From NCBI GenBank assembly GCA_047639395.1, contig JBLINR010000001.1, positions 1-48,338 on the forward strand: a stretch of 48,338 nucleotides of DNA, given 5' to 3'. Shown here in pieces: positions 35,043-44,312 of the stretch. The position numbers were made by a program, and so were the translations under genes. Origin of the DNA: Candidatus Woesearchaeota archaeon (GTDB lineage: Archaea; Nanobdellota; Nanobdellia; Woesearchaeales; DATGWN01). Position 1 is the first letter of the stretch, and every line of letters starts with the position of its first letter. The notes under the pieces are model-generated. The model saw only the letters and a program-made list of their open reading frames with translations. It ran no database searches and was not told the origin of the DNA.

Positions 35043-36806
35043 TCACCCCTTAGGATGTTCATGTCCAAATTCTCGTCGCTCTCGCAATTCATCAAGATGT
35101 TTAAGCTTCTCTTGAATAAGGGAATTCGGATCTTCATTTAATTTCTCAACTAACGTACTCACATAATGCCCACCTAAGAAGTGAGGCAATATAACATAAT
35201 CTGCACCTTTCTTATATAATTCAAACGCATCTTCAACTCGCTCTGCAGTTAACATAATAACTCCCTTTTCATTCTGAGCACGCATATTGTCAAGTAATAA
35301 TGAACTTACTTCAAATTCAGGAATTGTACTAATAAGAAGTTTGATATCTTTGAGGTCGAACTCGCTTATGAATTCAACACTACTCGCATCACCATAAATA
35401 CATTCTACATTTCGACGACGAAGTCTGTCGATGATTTGTGGATTATGATCAACAACCAAAAATGATTCGTTTTTCTTTTGTAAATCTTCAAGTATTTTGA
35501 AACCCATTCGATTTAATCCGAACACAACAACTGCATGTTTTTTACCTTGTAATCCTTGTCGTGCGTCTCGTACATGTCTTCGTTCAAATCGACGAAGTGG
35601 TTTTTCAACTAGTTTGTAGATTTCTTCATTGTATTTAATGAAGTATGCACTAACAGTGATCGTGATGAGTGCAACGATGGTGACAAGTGATACTTGTAAT
35701 GGCCCTAGGAGTCCTAAATTTAATGCTAATAATGCAACAATCATACTAAATTCGCTAATTTGACTTACAATAAGTCCAACAGAAAAGGCGGTTTTTGAGG
35801 AGTATCCTACTCCCATAATAATTGCGCCAACAATTATTGGTGTTCCAATAAGAATAAATGCTGATACAACTAATGCGTCAAAAATAACTGGTTGTAATGT
35901 TGTCCACACAAGTGCAAATCGCTCTATAAGTCCTAGGTCTACTAATCCAGGAATATGAGGGATAATCTGATATCCTAAGAAAATAAAGAATAATACTAAA
36001 AAGAAATCCTGTAATGGTTTTACTCTTGAACTGATTTCATATTGATACTGGGTTCCTGCAAGTGCAACACCTGCAAGCAATGCTCCAACTTCAAGTGTAA
36101 ATCCTGCTAATTCAAACACAGTTGCAATACCAAAACACCATGCTATGATAAAAATAAACAATAACTCACTGCTTTTTGCCACACGTTCAAGAAGCGGAGG
36201 AATAATGTATTTGGATATAAGTACTGTTGCTGTAAGTGCAATTGCACCAAGTATAAGTGTTCGAGCAACAATAGTAAATACTGTCTCTGATCCGATTTTT
36301 GATATTGCACTTAAGACCATAAGTAATACAACTGCGACAATATCTTGTACAATTAAGAATCCGAGACTGATTTTCCCATATAATTTGTCCATTTTGTTTG
36401 TATCGGAAAGCATTTTTACAATAATAATCGTCGAACTAAATGATATGGCGATTGCAATAATCAATGCCTGTCCTACTTCGAGTCCAAGTGCTGTAAGAAT
36501 AAATGTACCTAATAAAGATGCAAAGAATATTTGTCCTAATCCTGTAAGTAGACTTACGGGACCGACTTCCTTTATCATATTAAGATTCAAATGCATTCCA
36601 ACAATGAATAGAAGAAGTGCAATTCCAATATGAGCGAATGATTCATACCCACTTGTGCTCACAAGTATGTTAAGAACTAAAGGCCCAACAAGTAATCCTG
36701 TAAGAATATACCCTATAATTAAAGGCTGTTTAAGTCTCTGCATTATGTAGGAAACACCAAAGGCAAGTATGGTTACTAAGCTGAGTTCTACAAAAAACGA
36801 GGACAT
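35043..36806 (-). CDS. CPA2-family monovalent cation:proton antiporter with a C-terminal RCK/TrkA-N domain (Kef-type)
   Basis: About 12 TM helices (QPLIIGYILTGLLVGP...), then a Rossmann-like segment VVVFGLNRMGFKILEDL. Confidence 0.85.
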   Translation of the reverse strand: MSSFFVELSLVTILAFGVSYIMQRLKQPLIIGYILTGLLVGPLVLNILVSTSGYESFAHIGIALLLFIVGMHLNLNMIKEVGPVSLLTGLGQIFFASLLGTFILTALGLEVGQALIIAIAISFSSTIIIVKMLSDTNKMDKLYGKISLGFLIVQDIVAVVLLMVLSAISKIGSETVFTIVARTLILGAIALTATVLISKYIIPPLLERVAKSSELLFIFIIAWCFGIATVFELAGFTLEVGALLAGVALAGTQYQYEISSRVKPLQDFFLVLFFIFLGYQIIPHIPGLVDLGLIERFALVWTTLQPVIFDALVVSAFILIGTPIIVGAIIMGVGYSSKTAFSVGLIVSQISEFSMIVALLALNLGLLGPLQVSLVTIVALITITVSAYFIKYNEEIYKLVEKPLRRFERRHVRDARQGLQGKKHAVVVFGLNRMGFKILEDLQKKNESFLVVDHNPQIIDRLRRRNVECIYGDASSVEFISEFDLKDIKLLISTIPEFEVSSLLLDNMRAQNEKGVIMLTAERVEDAFELYKKGADYVILPHFLGGHYVSTLVEKLNEDPNSLIQEKLKHLDELRERREFGHEHPKG

Positions 36807-36878
36807 GGTAGTGTTTTGAGTTATTTTATTTATAAAATTAGTTTAACACCAAGTGGTAGTTCAGTTATTAATGTTATT

Positions 36879-37373
36879 TTATTCAAGATATGTTATAACG
36901 TATTCTAAACTTTGTTGATGGAATTTTACTGAAAACCCATCATATTGGAGACTGACATCTGGGTTTATTTCTTTGCTTATTGCGCGTGTACTAAATTGTT
37001 GATTAGGGTGTGCTTTCATGAACATTTCAAAATCAGTATCAATTACAAACTCAACATGTTCAAATCCTGTAGCATAAAACTTCTCTTCTTTTGGTGATGG
37101 TAATTCTACACACCATATTTCTCTATCCTTGTAGATGATAGGTTTTGTTAATTTGAATGTACTAATTGGTCTTCCTCCAATTTGTTCTTCTGAGAGAAGT
37201 TCACCTAACTTACCAAGTTCATTTTTTAATTGTTGATATTGAGATTGTCTTTCAACTCGATAACAGACATGGTCAAGTTCATATGTGGATATATCTATTT
37301 TCTCGTCCACTAATTTCAAGAATACGGTATCCAAAAAAGAATGTACATTTCCTAATAATGTTTCAATTGACAT
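36879..37373 (-). CDS. YecM-like VOC-fold protein
   Basis: LDHVCYRVERQSQYQ...IGGRPISTFKL...CVELPSPKEEKFYATGFEHVEFV resembles the YecM family pattern, recalled from memory. Confidence 0.5.
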   Translation of the reverse strand: MSIETLLGNVHSFLDTVFLKLVDEKIDISTYELDHVCYRVERQSQYQQLKNELGKLGELLSEEQIGGRPISTFKLTKPIIYKDREIWCVELPSPKEEKFYATGFEHVEFVIDTDFEMFMKAHPNQQFSTRAISKEINPDVSLQYDGFSVKFHQQSLEYVITYLE

Positions 37374-37403
37374 TGTAAATAGAATAAAAATAAAAAAAGG
37401 AAA

Positions 37404-38396
37404 TTAATCCCAATCCAAATTACCTGCAGTTTGATATTCAGTTACCCGTGTCTCGAAGAAATTTTTCTCCTTAGATAAATCAGTAGACTGGCTCATCCAC
37501 TGGAATGGATTTTCTGTATTGTATTGTTTAGTAAGTCCAATTCGTTCAAGTCGACGATCTGCGATATACTCTACGTATTTACAGAATTGATCTGCGTTGA
37601 TACCTAATACTCCTTGCGGACAAGCATCAGTTGCATATTGCTGTTCAAGCACAACTGCTTCTACAATAAGTTTTGTAATTTCGTCTTTAAATGCAGGTGT
37701 CCAGATATCAGGATTTTCAGCTTTGATTGTGTTAATTAAATCGCATCCAAATGCTAAGTGTACACTTTCATCTCGCATAATAAATTCGAATTGTTCACCA
37801 ATACCTACCATTTTGTTTTCACGTTTTAAGGCAAGCATCATTGCAAATCCTGCGTAGAAGAAAATCCCTTCCATTATTACATAGTATCCAATCAAGTCGT
37901 GTAAGAATTTTTGAATATTTTCTGAACCTTCAGTTGAAAAGTGAGGGTCAAATACAGACTTTGTAATATTAAGAACAAAATCATCTTTTTCTTTGATTGA
38001 AGGAATAGTTTCATACATAGTATAGACTTCATCTGGGTCTAAGGCTAATGTATCACAACAATAAATGAATGTATCTGTGTGAATTGCTTCTTCAAACGCT
38101 TGTCGAAGTAAGTACTGTCGGCATTCTGGGTTTGTTACGTGATTGTATACTGCAAGAACAATATTGTTTGCAGTAAGACTCTCGGCAGTTGAGAAGAATC
38201 CTAAGTTCCACATAATCATTCGACGCTCTGATTCGGAAAGAACATCTCCTTTCCATTGCTCAACGTCTTTTTGCATTGATACTTCTTCAGGAGTCCAATT
38301 GTTTGCAACTCCGCTTTTGTAATGTTCTCGTGCCCACTTGTAAGTCATAGGCAAAATCTTATTTGGATCTGTTTTCGAATTGTTAATAATAGCCAT
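37404..38396 (-). CDS. nrdB: Ribonucleotide reductase class Ia beta subunit
   Basis: Di-iron ligand blocks EEAIHTDTFIY, FFYAGFAMM and RDESVHLAF. Confidence 0.9.
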   Translation of the reverse strand: MAIINNSKTDPNKILPMTYKWAREHYKSGVANNWTPEEVSMQKDVEQWKGDVLSESERRMIMWNLGFFSTAESLTANNIVLAVYNHVTNPECRQYLLRQAFEEAIHTDTFIYCCDTLALDPDEVYTMYETIPSIKEKDDFVLNITKSVFDPHFSTEGSENIQKFLHDLIGYYVIMEGIFFYAGFAMMLALKRENKMVGIGEQFEFIMRDESVHLAFGCDLINTIKAENPDIWTPAFKDEITKLIVEAVVLEQQYATDACPQGVLGINADQFCKYVEYIADRRLERIGLTKQYNTENPFQWMSQSTDLSKEKNFFETRVTEYQTAGNLDWD

Positions 38397-38408
38397 TTTT
38401 CTTTTCCT

Positions 38409-41237
38409 CTATTGACATGCTTCACAATCTGGATCTTCAATTAAACACGCTTTTGGCATAGGTTTCCCTGCAAGTGAACCACTTCCTGCAACAACTTGTA
38501 CTGTTGGTTTAGATGCTGCTTGCGGAGTTGGAGCTGGCTGTGTTGTTTGTGTGTTTGTATATTCACGTTTTTGTGTGAATCCAAATTTGTTTGCATCTAA
38601 TGTTGATTTTTCAATTTGTGTTGCTGCAAGTGATCGTAGGTAATACGTTGTTTTTAGTCCCATTTCCCATGCGTACATGTATGTTTCACTAAGTAACGTT
38701 CCATTTGTCCCTTTCAAGAATACATTGTGTGATTGACTTTGATCAATCCATTTTGCACGAAGTGCAGTATGTTTGATTGCAATTTTTGCGTCAATGTCAA
38801 ATGCTTCTTTATATTTTGCTTTTAATATTTCAGGAATTCCTGCTATCATGGAAATGTTTCCATCATAATATTTAAGTTGTTCAAACATTTCATCGTTCCA
38901 TAAGTTCAATCTTTTTAAGTCTTGAACTAGGTATGAGTTAATGATTGTAAACTCGCCGCTCATATTTGCTTTCACATAGATGTTTTTGTATATTGGTTCA
39001 ATACAAGGGAAACATCCACTGATTGTTGAAATAGTTGCAGTTGGAGCAATTGCCATCAAATTTGAATTTCTAATACCATGTTGTTTTACCGAACTTCGAA
39101 CAATTGTCCAATTAAGTCGTTCATCTTTTGGTATTGCGATTGTTTTCCCACGTTCTTTTTCAAGTAAGCTTAACGTATCTAGAGGGAATATTCCTCTGTC
39201 CCATTTTGAACCTTTGAATGATTCATATGGTCCTTTTTCTTTTGCTATTTCACTTGATGTAAGGATTGCATGGTAAGAAACTAATTCCATTAATGTATCA
39301 GTTAATTGTAACGCTGCTTGTGATTCGAATGGTAAGTTTGTTAAGAAGAATAAATCTTGTAGACCCATAATTCCTAGTCCTACTGGTCGATGTCGCATAT
39401 TAGAGTTTTGCGCTTCAATTGTTGGATAGTAGTTCAAATCAATAACATTGTCAAGCATACGCATTGCAGTTTTTGTTGTTCTTGCAATAAGTTCTTCATC
39501 TAATTTTCCATCTTTTACGTGTCTTGAGAGATTGATTGAACCTAAGTTACATACTGCTGTTTCATCTGCTGATGTATTAAGTGTAATTTCTGTACACAAG
39601 TTTGAACTGTGGATAACTCCGCAGTGATCTTGTGGTGATCGAATATTACATGGATCTTTGAATGTAAACCAGGGATGTCCTGTTTCGAATAACATTGATA
39701 ACATTTTTCTCCAGATTTTTTTAGCTGGAACAACTTTGTGTTTTCGAATTTCTCCATTTTGTGCTTTGATTTCATACGCTGCGTATTTCTCTTCAAATTT
39801 TTGTCCGTAGCTTTCGTGTAAGTCTGGTACTTCGTCTGGTGAGAAGAGTGTCCAGTTTTCGTCAGCTTGTACTCGTTTCATAAATAAGTCTGGAATCCAG
39901 TTTGCTGTATTCATATCATGAGTTCGTCGACGGTCATCACCTGTGTTTTTACGTAAGTCTAAGAATTCTTCAATATCAAGGTGCCATGTTTCTAAGTATG
40001 CACATGTTGCTCCTCGTCGTTTACCACTTCGGTTAATTGCTGCAGTTACATCATTTGCAATTTTTAAGAAAGGAATAACTCCTTGGCTTTCAACACCTGT
40101 TGATTTAATCCAAGATCCAGTTGATCGAATGTTTGTCCAATCGTTTCCAATTCCACCGCTCCATTTTGATAACTGTGCGTTATCTGAGTAGCTTTTGAAA
40201 ATATGTGTTAAGTCATCAGAGACAGTAGTTAAGTAACAGCTACTTAATTGTGGCCGCATTGTTGCTGAATGGAATAATGTTGGTGTTGATGGAACATATC
40301 TCATTCTTGAGATAACATCGTAAAATTCAAGTGCCTTTTCTTCTTTATCTTTTTCGTTAAGTGCAAGACCCATAGCAACTCTCATCCAAAATGCTTGTGG
40401 TAACTCGATTCTGTCACCTGAAAGTTTCATGAAATATCGCTCGTAGAGTGTTTGGATTCCCATATACTGGAATAAATCATCTCGTTCAAGTTTTAGCCCA
40501 TAAGACATTTTATCTAAATCATAATCTAGAAGCTCTTTTGTGAAAACGTTTTCTTTTACTCCTCGTTTAATATTGTCTACAAATGTTTCTCGGTAAGAAA
40601 AGCCTAACATGTCATTTGTCATAGATTGACCAATAACTTCTTTGTAAAGTCGTTGCATGAATAATCGTGCTGAGATGAATGTGTATGCTGGTTCTTTTTC
40701 AATAAATGAATTACATGAAAGAATAAGTGACTTTTCAATGTCAACAGTAGTAATTCCATCATACATAGTATTGATAACTTGTTTGATAACTTGCTCTACG
40801 TTAACTTCGTCTTCGTACCCTTTGCTAACTCGACGCATAGTATCTTGAATTTTCTTTAGATCAAAGAGAACTTTTCGACCATCTTGCTTTTGGATGACTA
40901 ATTTTCCAAGCATAGATTTTTCGACATTTACTTTTTGTGTTTCTTCACGTTCTCTAATTCTTTCGGCTCGGTATAATATATATGCTTTTGAGATTTCGTA
41001 TAGTCCACGTTTAACTAGGTGCTTTTCTATGATATCTTGGATATTTTCAACATTAGGGTACATATCAGTGAATCGATTTTCCACTTCTGTACTTATGTCT
41101 ATTACAAGATCATCAAGTAAGGTTTTTTCAATTGTTGCTTTGGAAGCTCTAACTGCTTTTGAGATTGCGTTGTTAAGTCGACTCTCTTCAAATGCGACAA
41201 CGTCGCCATTTCTTTTGATTACATACATCTTAGCCAT
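38409..41237 (-). CDS. nrdA: Ribonucleotide reductase class I alpha subunit with two N-terminal ATP-cone-like segments
   Basis: From ATG 41237 (AGGTGA lies 6 nt upstream): VIKRNGDVVAFEESRLNNAISKAV and VIQKQDGRKVLFDLKKIQDTMRRV (cones). Catalytic blocks SNLCTEI, CNLGSINL, PTATISTISG. C-terminal CLIEDPDCEAC. Confidence 0.9.
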   Translation of the reverse strand: MAKMYVIKRNGDVVAFEESRLNNAISKAVRASKATIEKTLLDDLVIDISTEVENRFTDMYPNVENIQDIIEKHLVKRGLYEISKAYILYRAERIREREETQKVNVEKSMLGKLVIQKQDGRKVLFDLKKIQDTMRRVSKGYEDEVNVEQVIKQVINTMYDGITTVDIEKSLILSCNSFIEKEPAYTFISARLFMQRLYKEVIGQSMTNDMLGFSYRETFVDNIKRGVKENVFTKELLDYDLDKMSYGLKLERDDLFQYMGIQTLYERYFMKLSGDRIELPQAFWMRVAMGLALNEKDKEEKALEFYDVISRMRYVPSTPTLFHSATMRPQLSSCYLTTVSDDLTHIFKSYSDNAQLSKWSGGIGNDWTNIRSTGSWIKSTGVESQGVIPFLKIANDVTAAINRSGKRRGATCAYLETWHLDIEEFLDLRKNTGDDRRRTHDMNTANWIPDLFMKRVQADENWTLFSPDEVPDLHESYGQKFEEKYAAYEIKAQNGEIRKHKVVPAKKIWRKMLSMLFETGHPWFTFKDPCNIRSPQDHCGVIHSSNLCTEITLNTSADETAVCNLGSINLSRHVKDGKLDEELIARTTKTAMRMLDNVIDLNYYPTIEAQNSNMRHRPVGLGIMGLQDLFFLTNLPFESQAALQLTDTLMELVSYHAILTSSEIAKEKGPYESFKGSKWDRGIFPLDTLSLLEKERGKTIAIPKDERLNWTIVRSSVKQHGIRNSNLMAIAPTATISTISGCFPCIEPIYKNIYVKANMSGEFTIINSYLVQDLKRLNLWNDEMFEQLKYYDGNISMIAGIPEILKAKYKEAFDIDAKIAIKHTALRAKWIDQSQSHNVFLKGTNGTLLSETYMYAWEMGLKTTYYLRSLAATQIEKSTLDANKFGFTQKREYTNTQTTQPAPTPQAASKPTVQVVAGSGSLAGKPMPKACLIEDPDCEACQ

Positions 41238-41631
41238 TTTTTCACCTAGAATTTTTTTACAATCTAATTTCCTCTCGTTTGCTTTATATAATTTATGATA
41301 ATCCAGAATATACAATACACAACATTTTGTGTCACTGGGGGGTGCGGAACACAACATCTTGTGGTTTTTGGAAAAACTCACTTTTCTTGTTTTTTGCGAT
41401 ATTTGCTAAAACAATGTAATCAGTTTAGAATATTTTTGTCTAATCTACTATGTTTATTTGGTGCTTCATAGTTAATAAGGACATTTAGAATATATGTTAT
41501 AAAAATTACACATACGTATGCCTTGAAGTTCGATTAGAAAATTTGCCGATTGTTTGTAGGCGAATTTTTGTTTAGTTCCCACCGGGAAGCTGGGAAAAAA
41601 TCTTCGCATACGTGAGAGATATTTACCTCAT

Positions 41632-42627
41632 TTACAATGCTTTCTTAAAATCTTCAATAACTTGCACAGGTGTTGGATCAATACCTGCTGCTAATGCACA
41701 ATAATAAGATACCCAATCTGCGAGATAACTTGCTGAGAATAACTCACACAGTGTTTCTTCACCACGTATTGTCATTTCAAGACATTGATTTCCGCTTTTT
41801 TTGATTGCAATTTTAAGTGCGTCCATTCTTTGTTTGATTTGCGGATGGTCATTTGCACTTTTGAGGATGATTGTGTAGTAGTGGTTATTTGCCGTCTGAT
41901 ATGCTGCTAACTCATTATGTGCAACTTCAGGAACAACATTACAAAATGCCATTCTCTTTGCATTTTCATTAAAACTGATTTTCCATTTGTAACCAACAAA
42001 GCTATATTTAGGAGATGTATAGATAATTGGTGTCTTGTTTCCAATCTTTTCAGCGAGTTGTTTTGCTAAATCATCGTATGTATCTTTGTTTAGTACACTT
42101 TTAACTTGCTCAATTGCTTTGTCTTGCTTTTGGATGATTCCCGTATTTTGTAATACACCAATCATTGCAAAGAACATATGAGTTAACGCCATTCGAGGTT
42201 GTTCCCCTGTTGGGATTTTGATATAAGGACTTTTATACATAGGAGCAAGTATTTCTAATTTTCCACCGCTACTGATAACAATAGTTTGGATTCCTGTCCG
42301 TCCGATTTTTCTATAGATATCAACAGTTTCTGCTGTATTTCCACTATAACTAATTATGAACACAAGTGATTCTTTAGTAATGAACTCTTGCATTGCAAAT
42401 TCTTGTACCACATAGACTGGGATGTTTTTGATATAATTCTGTAATAATCGTCCAGGTAAGCCGCTGCCACCCATTCCTACTATTACGATGTTTTTGAACT
42501 CGCCATGACCTTTCTTTTCAAATGAAAGTTCAATTCCTTCTTCAACTTGTTCGTGAACTGATCTGAGAATTTCTTTGAAGTTACTTTTGTCCATAGTAGT
42601 GTCAAATTCCATGTTTTTAAGAAACAA
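41632..42627 (-). CDS. Bifunctional phosphoglucose/phosphomannose isomerase (SIS domain)
   Basis: VIVGMGGSGLPGRLL, SYSGNTAET. The 331-aa length is typical of archaeal PGI/PMI. Confidence 0.8.
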   Translation of the reverse strand: MFLKNMEFDTTMDKSNFKEILRSVHEQVEEGIELSFEKKGHGEFKNIVIVGMGGSGLPGRLLQNYIKNIPVYVVQEFAMQEFITKESLVFIISYSGNTAETVDIYRKIGRTGIQTIVISSGGKLEILAPMYKSPYIKIPTGEQPRMALTHMFFAMIGVLQNTGIIQKQDKAIEQVKSVLNKDTYDDLAKQLAEKIGNKTPIIYTSPKYSFVGYKWKISFNENAKRMAFCNVVPEVAHNELAAYQTANNHYYTIILKSANDHPQIKQRMDALKIAIKKSGNQCLEMTIRGEETLCELFSASYLADWVSYYCALAAGIDPTPVQVIEDFKKAL

Positions 42628-42656
42628 GTTCTTGTTTAAAAACCTATTGTGTTAGG

Positions 42657-42664
42657 TTTAAAAG
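42657..42664 (+). promoter_or_regulatory. TATA element (TAGGTTTAAAAG) of 42688 gene
   Basis: Ends 24 nt upstream of ATG 42688. Nearly identical to the element at 43467. Confidence 0.5.
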
Positions 42665-42687
42665 CAACTGCGATTTCCCTTTTAGAT

Positions 42688-43446
42688 ATGAAAATAGTTC
42701 CTTATGCACGTCCTATGAAACGAGCCACTGTGAGTTACAGTGGTAGACTACTTCCTTTCAAAATTCGAGAAGATAAACTATTACGTGCATATGAGCTTGG
42801 AAATTATGCGATTCCTTCATCTGCCGCATGCATTCTTCTTCATCGATTAATAGATCGCGTTGACACTTCTAATATACCTGGAGAAAACAGAATAGTGATA
42901 GGGAATGGAAGTGAACAGTCCGCTGTAGACGCGATAGCTAAGTCATTAGAAGCAACTCCTGTATACTCAACTGTAGATGGCGGAGTAAGTGATCCTGAAG
43001 TTTTACTGAATGCGAGATTTACGTTTGTGTTTTCTTTATTCGGGACATCTGTTGTTAATTTTGGAAAAGATCCTCAGAAAAAGTTAGGTCAAGAGTTAGC
43101 ATTATATAATTTTGAAGATCCTGTTGATACAAGGTCAAACACCTTTCAATATGCAGTTAGAGTTGGGATAAAAGAAACACTTTCTCATATTACTGGATAC
43201 AATTCTGTTTTAGAGTGGGAAGTCGATCAACTGAGAACACATCCTGCGCATATCATCACACAAATTGAAAGTCCTATAGTAGCAAATATTTTTTGTAATA
43301 GATATAGTTCGTTGATTAATGACTTAGGTATGTCTGACTTGTATAGTAGGGCATTTTTAGATAGGAACTGTACTGAAAATGATATTGCTTCTTTACTTAA
43401 AAAAGAACCGCCTGAAGAACCAATTGAATGGTCTTTCCCGGCATAA
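42688..43446 (+). CDS. Hypothetical protein, paralog 1 of a tandem pair
   Basis: 252 aa from ATG 42688. The N-terminal SGRLLPFKIREDKLL aligns with NGELFPICIDDKYLL of the next gene. No known motif, no TM. Confidence 0.45.
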   Translation: MKIVPYARPMKRATVSYSGRLLPFKIREDKLLRAYELGNYAIPSSAACILLHRLIDRVDTSNIPGENRIVIGNGSEQSAVDAIAKSLEATPVYSTVDGGVSDPEVLLNARFTFVFSLFGTSVVNFGKDPQKKLGQELALYNFEDPVDTRSNTFQYAVRVGIKETLSHITGYNSVLEWEVDQLRTHPAHIITQIESPIVANIFCNRYSSLINDLGMSDLYSRAFLDRNCTENDIASLLKKEPPEEPIEWSFPA

Positions 43447-43466
43447 TTACGATCTGTTATGATAGG

Positions 43467-43474
43467 TTTAAATA
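43467..43474 (+). promoter_or_regulatory. TATA element (TAGGTTTAAATA) of 43499 gene
   Basis: Ends 25 nt upstream of the TTG start at 43499. Confidence 0.5.
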
Positions 43475-43498
43475 CATTGTATCATTCCCTCTAATAAA

Positions 43499-44308
43499 TT
43501 GGACATTACTGACGTATTAAGAAAATCATTACTTGTAACTACTGCTCCTGGAGTTCGCCCTAATGGTGAACTATTTCCTATTTGTATTGATGATAAGTAT
43601 TTACTTGGCGATTCTTTATCTGCTGAAGAAACAAAAGCCATAGAGGAACCAGACTTTTTGGATGTATTAGTAAAAAATGAAAGATATCACGCTATTCAAT
43701 TGGAACTCATTAGAGCAGCTGAAAATTTTCCAACTGAGTCTTCTTTTTTTGTTGATGAGGATAATTTACTTTTTGGACTTTTATTACATGCTCATTTTAA
43801 TAGACCATTACAAATAGGATATGATGATTGTTTCAAGACATATAATCCTTCCAATCATCCAACAACATCTCAGTCACCTGTCATAGGAGTACAAATATTC
43901 CAAGATGAACAACAGCCATTAGTACAAGGGCTGTACCACGATGCTGATGCTAAGATTGAATTAGCGGGAAGGATATCTTTATTTTCAGCAGAAGATTTAT
44001 CTGAGAAAAGAGCTTCAGCATTTCCTATTACAAACGATCTTGTTACACAACTTGTTCGAGAACAACATGGTATGACTCTCTCACAATACCGAAAAATGAT
44101 TTTTAAAAGGTTCGCACCATCATTTACACGAAAGTCTTTATCTAGATGTAAAAAAAGTGAAGCTAATAACTTTCTAGAACGATATGAATCAGAAATCCGT
44201 GCTGCAAAAGCAGGAGAAACAATTGTAAGCCGTCTCAGAACAACTGGACATGAATCATATAATTTTGCACGATCATTATTACTAGAATCTCGTTCTTTTG
44301 GTGCATAA
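43499..44308 (+). CDS. Hypothetical protein, paralog 2 of a tandem pair (TTG start)
   Basis: 269-aa ORF. The only start codon at promoter-compatible distance is TTG 43499. No known motif. Confidence 0.45.
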   Translation: MDITDVLRKSLLVTTAPGVRPNGELFPICIDDKYLLGDSLSAEETKAIEEPDFLDVLVKNERYHAIQLELIRAAENFPTESSFFVDEDNLLFGLLLHAHFNRPLQIGYDDCFKTYNPSNHPTTSQSPVIGVQIFQDEQQPLVQGLYHDADAKIELAGRISLFSAEDLSEKRASAFPITNDLVTQLVREQHGMTLSQYRKMIFKRFAPSFTRKSLSRCKKSEANNFLERYESEIRAAKAGETIVSRLRTTGHESYNFARSLLLESRSFGA

Positions 44309-44312
44309 GCTT

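Noticed and set aside
17990-41381. Long N-terminal extensions in the ORF track (rps13 from 17990, rpoD from 19646, rpl13 from 20623, dph5 from 22178, nrdA to 41381, the HD protein to 33483, the PTP to 47743)
   Set aside because: The extensions overlap upstream genes or promoters and are not part of the conserved protein families. Internal ATGs at promoter- or operon-compatible positions were used instead.
41424-41493. TTTAGAATAT repeated 60 nt apart upstream of nrdA
   Set aside because: A 10-nt AT-rich repeat in AT-rich non-coding DNA could easily arise by chance. No dyad symmetry.
41521-41533. 13-nt identity (CCTTGAAGTTCGA) with the reverse complement of 14918..14930 inside RNA copy A
   Set aside because: Exact 13-mers shared between strands of a 48-kb AT-rich window are expected by chance. 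The flanks do not align.
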